From Coniocarpon cinnabarinum (lineage: Eukaryota): a DNA stretch of 64,000 nucleotides. A program made the position numbers and the translations under genes. Below are positions 22,767 through 36,066 of this stretch, one piece after another. Below the pieces are notes generated by a model. That model ran no database searches. It saw only the letters and a list, made by a program, of their open reading frames with translations, and was not told the DNA's origin. The DNA lies in NCBI GenBank assembly GCA_051942205.1, contig JAVECO010000050.1:62001-126000 (forward strand), given 5' to 3'. Positions within the stretch are counted from its first letter, which is position 1. Each line of letters opens with the position of its first letter.

Positions 22767-24264
22767 TTATTTGATCTTCTCTATGCTTCGACTCTGCACC
22801 TGAGTTCGGCCAGCAATATCTGTGTAGCTCGGCGGATCCTCCTCATTGCTCTCTGAATCTGCAGCTCCCTGTGTCATCTTCGCCATGGCCCCTGAAGTCA
22901 TCGAGGCATCATCTGGAGCTGGTGCGTCCGTCACCTCCGAGGCAGCTCCTGTATGGCCGGATCCATGCATGATGGGCGCGACACGAAGGCTCAAAAACTC
23001 ACGTTCCTTGGGCCCTGACCTGATCATGAACGCTTCGCCTGCACATCGCAATATCCATTCTACCTTGATGCTGTGTCGCACACTGATATTCAAAGTGTCG
23101 AAGTCCGGCGCCATTTCAAGGGGGGAGGCTGCTGCCTTCAATTTGGCTTTCCAACCGTGCTTGTTGTCGAAACGAGCGAGGTATGTTCCTGGTACGCTGA
23201 GCCAGGTGTACACTGAGTTGGTAAAAGTCATTGTGTGTGAATTGCGCTTGTATTTGTCTTCTGCGCGGACGTCAACATTGGCATTCACCATGACTGACAG
23301 GCTGATGAGTTCTATAGGGGGCCTGAGAACTGATTCGTGTCCCTGTGTTTGTAGTAATTCTTGAGGAGCAATCTCTATTTCGAAGCTTGGTTCCATGCCA
23401 ACATGGATAGCGGTTGGGTAGGTAATCACCAGGTTGAACGGATACATTGGGTAAGCTCGACTGTTGAAGAAGGCCAATATCTTTTGTTTGAAACCTTTAG
23501 GCCGATCCCTCCGGCAAGAGGAACGCATTTGAAACATATAGAAGCTGGTTCATGCGGACTGGTGGAGCTGTAACACGCTGGTCCTGAAGGTGCTTCTGGC
23601 GGTAGGAGACCATGACCGGGGTACAGGCGGGAGTTACGCGAACTTTGGGTAAGTTTGGCATCCAGACAGAAGCAGTGAGCTCGTATTCAACCACGCCATA
23701 CCCAGTAAGTTCGTCCTCAGGATGCTTAGCAAACATTGAAGGAGGTAACTGACAGCCATCTGGATGCAGAAAGCGCTCAGGGATATACGCAGATCTACTG
23801 GTCACGAGCGTGGTGGGAAAGCTGATTGAAAATGGGAATTGGTGCTCTTCTGTCACTTTCGTGGTGAAGGAGTCGTTGTATGTTCTTTTCCTGTCTTTGA
23901 ACAGATCTGCCTGTCCATAGCATGAGTAGCTGTTTGACGAGCCTGGAAACGTCAATCTGGTCTTAGTGCGACCGGAAAGCATGACTGAGATTGATAGTGG
24001 TCCGAAGAGTTCCCCAGCAAATCCATGCAATTGGGTGCAACGAACCACGACAATTCCAGTGATCGGATCGTGTGGACCGACAAAGAGTGCGCGGTCAAGC
24101 TTGATGTAGAATTCTAGTCGAGCATCCTGTTTGACTGGTTTAGGTTCACTATTGTTCCAAGAATGAAAGAAGATTGACATGAGTCCTCTGGATTCTTCTC
24201 TGACAGGGCGCGGTGGTAGATCTTGCACAACATCTTGCTTTTCTGGCAGACTGACAACTTCCAT
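22767..24264 (-). pseudogene. Alpha-arrestin-like protein (arrestin-N-like fold, PPxY) split by a single frameshift; pseudogene or sequence error
   Basis: ORF1 has DPITGIVVV, HQFPFSISFP, QLPPSM and VEYELTA. ORF2 continues DRPKGFKQKILAFF and ends with PPSY. The frames overlap at approx. 23497-23537 with no usable intron. Confidence 0.6.
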
Positions 24265-25349
24265 GTCAGGGGATCAGACGTGTACAATTGTCAACGTGTT
24301 CACTGAGAGATGCGTAGCTCAACTCAAGGGTCTGTAGGAGGAACATTGTCTTCAAGGGGTTTTTCCAGGCCACCCCACTGGTTCGCACTTTCCACTATGC
24401 AAGGGATACTTACAAACCCTCCGCTGCCCTTGCAGCTCACCACATCGAAGTGGCACAGGAATGCGCGATGTCGCGTTGTACTACGACCACGGGGTCCAAT
24501 ATTCTGCTCATGATTAGTATCAATATTTGCGTTCACAGACACTAAGCCAGCGTGCTTTTTGAGCCGGGAACCGAGAATTGTGAGGCGGAGTCACGCGATA
24601 TTTCAGAGGCGAGCGATTATCTGTCACGCTTTCCTCCTGCTACTATAGTCGAGGACTCAGCTCTAATTTGGCGTGGAGTATGACGTACTATTGACGCATG
24701 CTTTTGAGATTATAGAAAATCAACGTCACCCACGCTACGTATAAACCTTGGGGACATGAATGTCTTCTTCTAAACGACTGACCGCAATGCGAGCCAGTTT
24801 TCACACGGAGGAGCCCACCTGGTGGTCTTGTTTTCATGTCTTGGTGTGGCTGGTATAAAAATGGGAAGGGGCAACAGGTGATGGCGGGTAAGCTTCACAA
24901 AAGGATAAGCAATGTACTATGTAGTCATAGACATCTAACACTAACTCGCAGATATACTCCTAAAACATGTCGTGAACGTGGCAATGACAGGTATGAGTGC
25001 CTCATAGTAAATGGAAATGCAGGTAAATATGAAGATTTGCCCCGCGTTAAAGGAAGTACATTGCTCGACAAAGGTTCGGAAAGGCGTCGATATCCATGCG
25101 GCAAAATCGAGTAGAAGCTGAGCGGCGAAGACGGAGACTTCTCCCTTCTCGCCTGGTAACAGGTTTATATATTCAAAAACTTTCTAGGGCAACTAACCCG
25201 GATAGAGTTAGTTTCAGGGGCCACGGCTGGGAATCTCCCGGTCTCATATCGCATTTCAGCCCCGCTGCATTAGCATCTTGCATTTGAATCTACCTGTGAG
25301 AAGCAAAGATTTGCCAAATGTAGTACGTTCAGCGGTGTCAGACATTTAT

Positions 25350-26519
25350 ATGATGTCTTCGACAATCGTTCCGCCGTATGATAGCATTTCACCTCGCAGT
25401 ATACCTTCGCCAACTGTAGTATTAAGTGACTCCCGCTATGCACGATCATTGTCTGAGACAGCCTATCCTCCCCACGCTCTGCCCGGGTCTCGAGATGTTT
25501 CAACGCCTCACGGAACGATGCGCGTGTATGAGTGGGGTCCTAGCGATGGGCGCAAAGTCTTGTTTGTCCACGGGGATGCCACGCCTTGCCCACTGTTTGC
25601 GAAAATTGCTGATGGACTCGTGAAGAGAGGCTGCCGCGTCCTCCTTTTCGGTAAGCGCCTTCGTTATGAACTTTTTGGACACTCATTAGCTTGGCTAATG
25701 GGAGTTTTGTCTTCATAAGACCTCTGGGGCAGAGGATATAGCGAGACACCATTAGACAGCCACCAAGACGTCCACCTTTTCAGCCTGCAGATAACATATG
25801 CGATCAACTCGTCACCGATCGCTTGGACGGGTCCACACAAATTTTCCATTGTTGCGTTTTCACTTGGGGCTCCAATATCTCTGGACTTCATCACGGCCTT
25901 TCCGTGGCTGATCGAGAGAGTGATATTCCTAGCCCCAGCGGGACTTATCAGAGCTCTTCCTGAAAGCTACAGTCAGATCAGGAATGCAGCCGCTCCACTT
26001 GAAAGGCACGATCCAAAGATGCGTACAATGGTCGAAGCTATATTGGGCGTCAACGCTGATGAGCCCATGCAAAAGGCCCTTGTGACTAAAGTCAAGGACA
26101 ACGGAAGCCACCTCGGACAGGATCAGATTCTACAAGCTGAGCCTTCTGAGCCAATCGAGTTTGACATGGGTGCTCTCCTACAGTGGCAGTACGAATTCAA
26201 CGAAGGGCACGTGTACGCTCTGTATGACACAATCAGACACGGTCCGTCGGTGGGGCAGGAGCATTTATGGTCCAGGTTTGCCGGTCTGATGACGGAGAAA
26301 GTGCAGAGTCAACCTCGCAACACATTGTCCCGTACCAAATTGATTGTTGTCTTCGGTGCTGACGATGATGTCGTTGTCAGAGCCGAGGCCAAAGAGGACA
26401 TTCTAGAGATTCTACCAGACGACAAAGTTGACTTTGCCAGGGTACCTGGAAGTCACGGCTTTGTGTATCCGAACAGCAATCAGATTGTTGACATTATTGC
26501 ACATGCTTGGGGTTTCTAA
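25350..26519 (+). CDS. Alpha/beta hydrolase fold protein, 2 exons
   Basis: YEWGPSDGRKVLFVHG, LF|DLWGRGYS, nucleophile elbow AFSLG, VFGADDDVV and PGSHGF. Intron approx. 25651-25719. Confidence 0.88.
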
Positions 26520-27360
26520 ACTTTGATAGCTCATCCGTCGCGTCCGCACTCCCACCATGAAATTGATCTTGAAGGTTGCATCGTACCTCACATGATGGCT
26601 GCTAGACAAAGTTATCCCTTACATCAAGCAGCAGTCTTTGGAGAAGTTGTCGAGACATGGCAATACTTTGGTGCAGATGATACAAGGAGGGCGAGACCCT
26701 GCTAGGATACGCGTCTAATGCTGCTGCTCCGCTTGGTGGGAAACTTGTTCCTCCGTTTACGCGCCTCGGCGCTTCCAGCCATCCAAGTAGAATTTGTCAA
26801 TGCAAGTCAAGGGTCTGCGAACCCTATCAGCTGATGAGCCGACCCGTCGCACGATGTCGCCTCAAGTTCTATACAGCATTCTGGCTTCCAAAGGTATGTA
26901 CTATCTCCCACTGGGCACCGAATGCAGCGGCAGACCGGCGGTTGATGCTTCCTGGACTTGTTCTACAGGATCACTTCTGTGACGTTGTTCCGCCAACTTG
27001 GGCTTAGCGCCTCGCAAATACTTCGTGTCTTGGGTGGACGGTAGCACGGTGGTACTCGTGTACTGCTGTCTGACTTTCGCATGAATCCATTCCCACTCGT
27101 CTCTCCGAAGCCGAGGATGCCGCGCTTCGTATCTTCACATGGATCGTATTTATTGCCTATAAATACGTGTGCCTACCTCATTTGAAGGCTCACCGCAAGT
27201 AGCCTTTCTGTGGTGATCAGCTTGGAACATCTTCACGCTCTACCTTGAGGACTGTGCAGTGGTCTTCTTCCTTGAGAAACCTTTTTGAGAGATCTTATTT
27301 GATTGAAATCTCGCCATCAGTGAAATTGCAGATCCACATCTAGAATTTGGAGCGAGAGCT

Positions 27361-28287
27361 ATGTCTGGTGAATCGATTAAAGCAGGCTCACAGCCAGACG
27401 CCAAAGTCATAGTTCATTGGCATGTCGCATGGCCATTGCTTTCTACCCAACATCGACCTAGAGCTTCTGAAAACGCCACGCTAACCTCTTTACAGGCTCG
27501 ACCGGTCCCGCTCCCAGCGCATCCTTTGGCTCCTCGAGGAGCTCGAAGTCCCATACGAGCTCAAAGTTTACAAGCGCCAACCTGACGGCAACGCAGATCC
27601 TCGTCTTCGAGAAATCCATCCTTTGGGCAAGAGTCCGTTGATTACGGTACAGCCCGAGGATGAGAGCCTGCCTGCTCGTACGATCGCGGAGAGTGCGGCG
27701 ATTGTTGAATACGTCTGTGATCACTTTGGGCAACACTTGATACCTCAGCGATGGCAAGAAGGCCAGAACAAGAAGGTTGCGGGCGAGACCGAGGAGTGGA
27801 TGCGCTATAGACACTTCATGTGAGCCTCTAGCACCACTCGTAAAGTTTGTGAGCAAGAACCTAATCTCTACCGGACAGGCACTATTCTGAAGGATCCCTC
27901 ATGAGCGTTCTTATGACAGCCATGATCATCATGCGTATTAGAGACGCGCCAGTTCCGTTCTTCATTAAGCCTATAGTAAAGGGTATCGCTGGGAAAGTTC
28001 AGTCTTCTTACTTGGAACCAAACTTCGAAACCCATTACAGTTTCCTCGAGAATCAGCTTTCGACTTCGAGCGGGGACTACCTCTGCGGAAAGGACCTCAC
28101 CGGTGCCGACATCATGATGCAGTTCCCCCTGGAAGGAAGCATGGATACGACTGGGTTGACGAAGGACAAATACCCCAAGACCTATGCGTACGTGAGTAGT
28201 TTAATGGAAAGAGAAGCATACAAGAAGTCGATCGAAAGGGTGAAGAAGGAAACTGGGTCCTACCAAAGCGTGAAAGAGCTGCTATGA
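27361..28287 (+). CDS. Glutathione S-transferase, GTT1-like, 3 exons
   Basis: VHW|LDRSRSQRILWLLEELEVPYEL, IHPLGKSPLI, AESAAIVEY, HYSEGSLM and YLCGKDLTGADIMM. Intron 1 (27420-27495) is GC-AG. Confidence 0.93.
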
Positions 28288-28399
28288 AACAATGTTTGCG
28301 TATGGTCAATGTCTTGGGCAACAACGACGCACGTCGACGATGCACCTGTCATTGCAAGAGATGCATAACGGTTCGAAGCGAGCTGAGAGACCCTTTTCG

Positions 28400-28876
28400 T
28401 CAAGCGCTAGTTTCATCTTGAGAGACAAGCAGTGAGGTTCTCCCATCAATACCATGCTCCAAGATGTCGAAGTCAAAGTCCAGTGGATATCCGTGCGTAT
28501 TGATAAGATGCTGATTTCTCGAGACAGCATCGGCCAAGTCCACAGTACAGTCTTGCACAAAGCAGCGAAGTCTGGACTGCTCTGCGTTCCTTTTGGCTTG
28601 GATTATTGGATCATGCTTCTCCTCAATGTGAAGGTCGAGCCATGCCTCGGTTGGAAAGTTGAGTTCACACTCTGAGCAACGATTAACGTGCGCCTGGACA
28701 TAGTGACGGTCATAAGCCTCCTGGTTGTGAAACTGTTGAGGTTCGTGAGGGGGCAGCGAGCACTCAATGGCGTGGGGTGCGGAAGTGTCACTGTCATCAG
28801 ACGCCACTGCAATCGGGTGCACACGAGATTCCTTGTGTTTGCACACAGCGTTTTCCTCACGCATTCGCTTGGCCAT
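28400..28876 (-). CDS. Small C2H2 zinc-finger protein (ZNF511-like)
   Basis: MAKRMRE...CSLPPH...HYVQAH, CSECELNFPTEAWLDLHIEEKHDP and CFVQDC...RNQHLINTHGYP. Confidence 0.82.
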   Translation of the reverse strand: MAKRMREENAVCKHKESRVHPIAVASDDSDTSAPHAIECSLPPHEPQQFHNQEAYDRHYVQAHVNRCSECELNFPTEAWLDLHIEEKHDPIIQAKRNAEQSRLRCFVQDCTVDLADAVSRNQHLINTHGYPLDFDFDILEHGIDGRTSLLVSQDETSA

Positions 28877-29367
28877 TCTCGTGTTATCAATCTTGCTCGT
28901 AGGGACTGTGCGTTGCGACATCATACATGCACGCATCAAAGTTTCTGCATTCCAAATACTCGTCCATGCTGCCCTTTCCTTGGAGCTGGAGTCTAAATGA
29001 TGAAATCTGCTAGACCGTATTCTGTAGTCTGTAGCGCCTGCCCGGAAATGTATTACTCAAACTGGGATCATTGTATGGGAATTCCGCTTGGTTCCTAGCC
29101 ATGCCGTTCATGACTCGATTTGATCTTGTGAGGCGCTGCCTCTACCTTTTACACCCCTGCTTCGCTTCTGACGGCACTTTTGCCTCCCAGAGCAGCGCTG
29201 TAAATCGTGTTCGAGGCAAAAGCATTCGTGAGTACTTAATCTCACTGAAAGGACGATTGCAGCATCAATGGCTGTCGTTGTCTACAATCTCCCACAGCCT
29301 CGTCACAGCGCCGCTTGACCTCATTGCTAACCGCGAGGTCTTCCAATGAATATCTTAACACCACGTG

Positions 29368-31981
29368 ATGTCGCATGCCACGCCAGAGGCTACCGAGTTC
29401 GTAATCAACATTAGCTGAAATCTCTCGAGAGGCTGACTTTGATAGGGTCGCTCGAAGCCTAGCAGAGATCGATGAAGAAGTCAAGAAACCTATACCCTTA
29501 TCCAGCGTCATCCTTTCCGCATTGGAAAGGTGAGTCCCATCATGCCACTTCACAGAGTCTACAGGGCGCTGATCCTTTATAAGTTATCGCTCACAATGCG
29601 TTGCGTCCATTTTGCGAGACTTTGAAAATGCGTCTAAGGCTCGACTCGAGGATCAACTATGGAATGCACACTTGAAGATCAACACTTGTTATCGTGGTGC
29701 ACTTCGCAAGGTATGCCAATGGCTTGGTGTCTAACATCGTTCTGTATGCTCATCCACGTACTAGCTCAATGAAGGTGGAAACGCCAAGGCTGTTGAGCGA
29801 CGCAAGTATGGCACAGACTATCTTCGATTCATCAAATCGGCCCAGAAATTTTATCGCAGCTTTGTACGGAGTTTGAATTGTGTTTTTGGCGGTATCAAGC
29901 CTCTAGAGAAGCTGGCCGAGAGATTTCACAACGATGGTAATGCAACAGCTACGCTGTGTAGGACCCCCCTACTGATCACCACAGATTTACTCTTTTCTCG
30001 CTCAACACGACCATCTCCGACGAACGCACCACCTCAGATACTGATACTGCGCTCCTGCTTCCGTTCGCTCATTCAGTTGGGCGACCTCTCCCGGTACAGA
30101 GAATCTGAGCTTGCCCGAGGTGAGCCAAACTGGTCTCCCGCCGTGGGCTTCTACGACCTTGCTCGGTTTCTGATTCCGTCTTCGGGCATTCCCTACAATC
30201 AGCTGGCTGTCATTGCTCTTTCAGGTGGCAATCTCTTTCGCGCCATCTATTGGGTGTATCGCGCGTTGAATGTGGAAGAGCCACATCCTCAGGCTGATCA
30301 AAATCTTCGGCGAGCGTTTGCCAAGGTGAATGTCGCTTCTCAGAATGGTGTTTACCAAGGAAACGCGCCCTCAGTCCAGACTCTATACCTTTCTCTACTG
30401 TCGCATGCGAATCTGGGCAAACGAAATGCTCAATACGCTGAACTCGAGCGAAACTTTTCCGAGTCCCTGAGAGAAAGTCTAAAATCAGCGACATCATTCT
30501 CGTCCCTCCGTAAATTGCTTCTTACCAATTTCGCAGCTACACAACATGTTCAAGATACCTTCACCAAAACACAGGGTGCTGAAGGCAGCTTTGATGTCTT
30601 CATTTCGACCCTGCGTCTATCTCTCATGTCGTGCACGACCCTGCTGGCTTCTTTCAGAGAACAGCTGAGAGCTCAAGTGCAACAGCATTCGACCACAGCA
30701 CAAATTGAAGAGCGAGCAGTCGCCCAGTTGTCCGTCAATGCGGCTCTATGGTACCTCTCGCTCCTTTGGATGGTCAACAGTAAGGTCCTATTGACGAATG
30801 ATATTCATGAAGACGTAGATGGGATGCGGTCAGAGCTATGGAAATTGGCCACCGACTGTATCTCCATGGCTTTTGTCATTTCGTCTCGGGAACCGATACT
30901 CAGACCAGACTACTTAATGGAGGAAGAAGAGGACACGATCGGCTTCGTCCCGCTGTTTTGTGATGATACGAAGCACGTTTGGTTCTCGGACGACGGCCAC
31001 TTGAGACCTAGATTAAACGAGACCCAAAGCGCTCAGGATCAGACGAAGCAGATGCTCTACCGATTCACGGCTATCGTTCAGCTTGGTAAGACGTTGGCGC
31101 TTGACGAGGTAAGTGAGACCTGCATGTGATTGCGCTCGTAAGTTGTGCTTACAACAGACCAGACAACGCCACTATATTTCAACGCTCAACATGGGTTCTC
31201 TACGTCCCAGATCAGTGACCTTTCTGAGCTGGGTTCGATGGACGACAACTCCGACGAGGACATGGCAGATTTCCAGGCTGAACAGATGGTTGAAAATTTG
31301 GTCGGGGATGATTTCAACGATGAGCCTAACTTCAAAGTCGATCGATCCTCAGTGTTTATTCAAGAGCACCCGAAGTCAAACGATCAGAGCTCATACGCTG
31401 TTGGATCATCGACACGAGACTTGATGGCGTCTGCTGAGAAGCGCGTTTCAATGAGGGAGCAGCAAATCCCTCGATCTGGCTTGCATGCTAAGACAGACAC
31501 GTCTACTCATCGGACAAGCCTGTCACCTCGAACGCATGATTTCGTATCACCCCAAGGCTCACCTAACGCTGTCAACCTTCATCCGAAGAGTCTTCCAATG
31601 GCACGAGCCGTGTCATCTCATTCACGTGCGATATCTAGTGAGTCTGTTGGATCATTCTCATCAGGTGTCAATCTTCACAGATCTCCCATGGCTCCCACGA
31701 GTGCAGCGAACGACGCAGATGGTCAAGGTATGAGCAGTAGCCTGCTCTTTGGTGCCGGTCAAAGCCCGTGGAGGATGACTCAACCGGAGTCAAAGCGATT
31801 GTCTGATAGTCAAGAGCGACTGAACGACAGTCCGCGGTTAATGCCCAGGACACTGGTGGCGCCTACACCTACGAACTCGCAAAATCATGATGGCCATGCT
31901 TGGACGGACTCTCCAGGACACGCTAAACAACTGAGTCGAGATGGCTCTAGATGGAACGCGCATGCCAACCCCTTCAAGTGA
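29368..31981 (+). CDS. Est1/Ebs1/SMG5-7 family protein (Est1 DNA/RNA-binding TPR-like domain; no PIN domain seen)
   Basis: LEDQLWNAH, FIKSAQKFYR and QLGDLSRYRE...AVGFYDLARFLIPSSGIPYNQLAVI...AIYWVYRAL. Several short introns reconstruct an open frame from ATG 29368. Ser-rich disordered tail. Confidence 0.82.
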
Positions 31982-32702
31982 GATGAGCCAAATAACGCTG
32001 CTATATCATAACTATTCCAGCAAAATTATGATTCTGGCAATGCCATAGTCTGGGGGATTGCTTCGGATTGGCGGATCGCACGCAGGTGCCTAACTTCTGT
32101 TCACCACATATGCAATTTTGATCGCTAGCAAAAGCTAGTCTCGCTCATGTTGCGCAAGTTCAATCTCCAGAACAGCAGTGTTGCGGGATGAACATGGAAA
32201 CCCTCGAGAATCATGCGCCCCCAGAAACACAGCGAACCAGACTTACCGGTTCCCAAATTGAATGACCCAGTTATCTGAACTCGAAGGGACCGATCCCATG
32301 CTAACGATATTGCTACTTGGCATGTCTCAGCTGGAGACAACAGTCGATGCAGCAAGACCAACGCAGGGATCATCGTCTTCAGGGTAATCTCTATCAGCAG
32401 TGGAAGAGACAGCCTACTCGGTATGGCCTCGTGCATCAATAGCACGTCGATTTGAGAGTGTAAGTGAGCAGCTTCTTTATTGTTCAGAATACATTGGGGT
32501 ATCTATGTCGTTGAGGAATATGTCGTGATCCCGCTATGCAAGTCATTTGATCGTTGCGAACCTTTGTACTGTTCCGTGCTTTTCTATCGTCTCCTCTTCA
32601 GCGTTAGATTTCCACTGCATTGACCTGTTGAACGGTCTTCCTCGCAGATTGAGCGCTTTCGTACAATGCCCTGACGCAAGCCCCCGAATCTCCTTACAAT
32701 AT

Positions 32703-33812
32703 TCATGACGAGGGCGTAAAGGTGTGCTTCTCGGCAGGGAATCTGCAAAAGCTGTTAGTCCACTTCACATTCTTTCCGCTGATGACTCAAGGATAGCGAG
32801 CAGCCACTTACGAAGGTCCCAACTCCTGGATGCTCAGGCCCGCCAGCCACTGCCCCATATCCACACACGTCTTCATGTTCTTTCCCTCTACCAATCCCGC
32901 CATGAAACCACCCGCGAACGCGTCACCCGCACCATTCGTGTCGTTGATCTTGCTCTCATCAATCTTTCGCACAGGGTGACTCACCACCCGCCCGTTCACG
33001 TACACAATCGTGGGCTCAGTGCCCTGTGTTATGATGACCGTCCGGTCTCTACCCTCGCCTTCAGTCGGCAACTCCGCAATCGCCTCCGCAATCGCCTCAA
33101 CGTTCTTTCGCTTCTCCTCGGGCCATCCCTGCGACTCCGCCCAGCTGGCGGCTTCCGTCTCATTCCCAATCACCACATTTGCATACCGTATCGTCTCCGC
33201 GAGCGCATCTTTGAATGCCACCGGAATGAACGGCGCCGACAGATTCAGCACAAAGGTCTTGTCCTTGCTCGCCGCCTCTTTGCCGAGCGCTTGCGCCGCT
33301 TCGGGCGAGACCGTTAAATGGAATCCACCCACGTAGAAGAAAGAAGCAGCGTGCACGTGTTTCCACACGGCCTCTGACCTCAGATGCGTGGGACTATAAT
33401 GATTCGCGGCCCCCAAATCCGTGCACAGCGATCGATTACTGCCTGTAATAACCACGCCGCATCGACCCGTCGGCTGGTCCGGTAACTCCATATACATAGT
33501 ATCGAGCCCCGCCTCTTGACACACCTTCTTCAGCGTATCGGCGGCCTTATCCTGGCCCACGGCGCCCACATACAGCACCGAATGCGGCGGGAGGATGTAC
33601 TGAGCCCCGCGAGCGGTGTTCTGAGCGGCGCCGCCCGCGATTTGTTTGGCGTTGAGCTGGAGAAGGTTGGAGTAAAGGCCCAGATGTTCCGGGGAGGCGA
33701 GGATGGCGTCGTTGGCTTTGAGGTTATATTTTTTGAGGAGGGAGGAGGTCGGGTCCGGGGCTTGGATGTCGAGGAGGGGGTTTTCGAGGACGAAGAGTTT
33801 GTAAGCGGACAT
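32703..33812 (-). CDS. ADO1: Adenosine kinase (PfkB family)
   Basis: LENPLLDI, AGGAAQNTARGAQY, PTGRCGV, NLSAPFIP, VIITQGTEPT and DTNGAGDAFAGGF. Last intron approx. 32743-32810, then FPAEKHTFTPSS*. Confidence 0.96.
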
Positions 33813-35057
33813 GATTGCACGTTTTTGAGACGTCGAAGAGGTGGGTGTGAAACGCTGGCGGGGGTTACGGCCGGGGATGCGGCGTTGCGGGTTATGAGGT
33901 GTATTTGGTGGTGAGTGAGATGCGGCGGTGGAGGGTGCTGTGGGTGCTCTATATGGATTGGGATCGAGGGTCGCGGGAAGGAGGTCGGAGAGGATGGTGG
34001 GAGGTGGTTGTGAGAGAAGTGAGCGATGGCCGGAGAACGGGCGACGCTGTGGATACTATCGGGGCACGCGGGATTTCACGCTCTGATGGAGGAGGAGGCT
34101 CGGGGTCAGAGAAGCGGAGGAAAATGCGGTGGTGGTGGGGCTGCGGGGTTTCGTCATTGCGCGGAGGAGGTTGTGATTGCCGCCCCTTACTAGGTTCATA
34201 GGTATCATAATAAGGTAAATAGTTATAGGTATTTATAAAGTAAAAGGGAAGGCTTTGAAGATCATAATACTTCAGAGCTTCCCCTCGTATGGTTGGCATC
34301 ACGCCAAGATTTGTAGCGTCGGTTCTGCCTGAGACTGGAAGGGAAGGTGCATGTTCAGGGAATTTTGACAGGACTCTGCGAAGCATTCAGGGCACACCAA
34401 ATTCAAGTACTCTCAAATGCGATCAGAACCCTGGGGATTCTGTTGAGAATGTATCAGTCTCTCCGCCTATCAGACGAATCGATGCAGTGGAAGAGTGATA
34501 ATTGAAGGCTGCGGCAAGCAAGAACCACTATATGTCTTTGTTTAAGGCCATTATTGGAAGGTGCATGATATTCATGGTGGCGAAGGTAGGTCTGCTTACT
34601 CGCTACTCATCGCCAACAGCTTTACAAACTCACCACCAAGCTTGTACAACTCTTGCGCTCGAGGCGCCTGGAGTAATTTGGCGAGGTGGACATCTATTAG
34701 TGAAAGATGTACGGATCGATGTATAGCAATTGGTCCTCCGTCCGATCTCGCTGACTGCTACTTCGTTTTAGTGCTGTCCAAGGGTCTCTATGATCGTTCT
34801 GAGGTCGCTCGTGACATTGAAGCTCAGTCCAAGTGATGACAGCCATAGATGTCAGTGTCCGTGGCGTGGAGATACACTGGACTTTGCGAATGCGAATGTC
34901 ACGACAAGACTTCCCTCCCGAGCCATCACCTTTTGCAATGAATCGACACCATTTCACGATTTCAGGATCGCCAAGACGTAAGGAAGTCGCACAACCGCTA
35001 CTGGAGTCATATAGTTTCGTTCTGAGACGGAGAACGAGAAATCGGTTGAGCCGTCAC

Positions 35058-35536
35058 TCATTGTTCGGCGTCAGCTTCTTCAGCAAAGGGATTGGCGATC
35101 TCTTCGCTTCCGTCTTCTGGGCTAATACTAGTGAGCAAGGTTCCTCTTGCTACTAGTAAACCGAGCGGTCTTGACGAGGTGTTGCCGTCTTCGTCTACCG
35201 GCCAAGTCAGCACACGTGACCATGTGAACCGTGTCAATACTCATCTCATCGGGCGGACGATTACGTACCTCTTGTGTGCTCCTTCACATCATCCAGTACA
35301 AGATTCATGAGCTGATCGTATCCCTTCAAGATGCCGGTAATTTCACGGCCGCCGTTGAACTTGACGTTGATGGCTTTGTCTGCGTATTTCCTGAGGTCGA
35401 GGATATTTTCCTTCTTCGGTCTCTCCTGTTGGCCGCCCTGCTGCCCTGGTCTTCCACCTCTCCCAGATGCGGCGTCTCCACGGGTGGCTCCACCACGACC
35501 GCCGCGACCACCTCGAATGGAGGCGCGATCAGACAT
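35058..35536 (-). CDS. LSM7: U6 snRNA-associated Sm-like protein Lsm7 with RGG-rich N-terminus
   Basis: ERPKKENILDLRKY...VKFNGGREITGILKGYDQLMNLVLDDVKE|...RPLGLLVARGTLL...DGSEEIANPF. Confidence 0.95.
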
Positions 35537-36066
35537 GGATCAGGCACTCGGATGCTCTTGAGATTGTATCACGTGAGTAAATCTTCAAGGAGAGTGCAGG
35601 ACCACTTGCATTGAGGTCAGTGTCTGGCGTCTTTGAAAGTTCCTGTCAATGGTGAGGCGATGTAAATCAGCGTGCAGCAAATGCTCTGATACTAACAGAT
35701 ACATACCCTCATTACAGAATTGATCAAGAATGAGGATGCCGGGAAAGTCAGGCAACGATTTCCTCCACGGCGGCGCTTCCCCGCACCGCCCGCGCGCGAG
35801 AGGATCCACTCCATCGTGTCCATCTTCGCTGCTTCTTCATTCCGCTTCGTCCTGCACCCTCCGACAACCCTCATCCTTCTCAAACGCGCCTCGGACGCGA
35901 AGCCTGGACTTGTTGAGAGACACCTGTCTACTTGTACGCTGACGCCAGTTGATCCGCGCGAGCGATTGTTTGTCCTGTCCTGTCCACTCCCGCTCTCCGC
36001 CCACTAGCTCGCGCTGCGCTCTCTGCGCTCCGCTACTGAATCAGATCATCCAGCCACCGTTCGAAA

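Noticed and set aside
33949..34386. 145-aa minus-strand ORF upstream of ADO1
   Set aside because: Low-complexity translation across compositionally skewed DNA with no domain.
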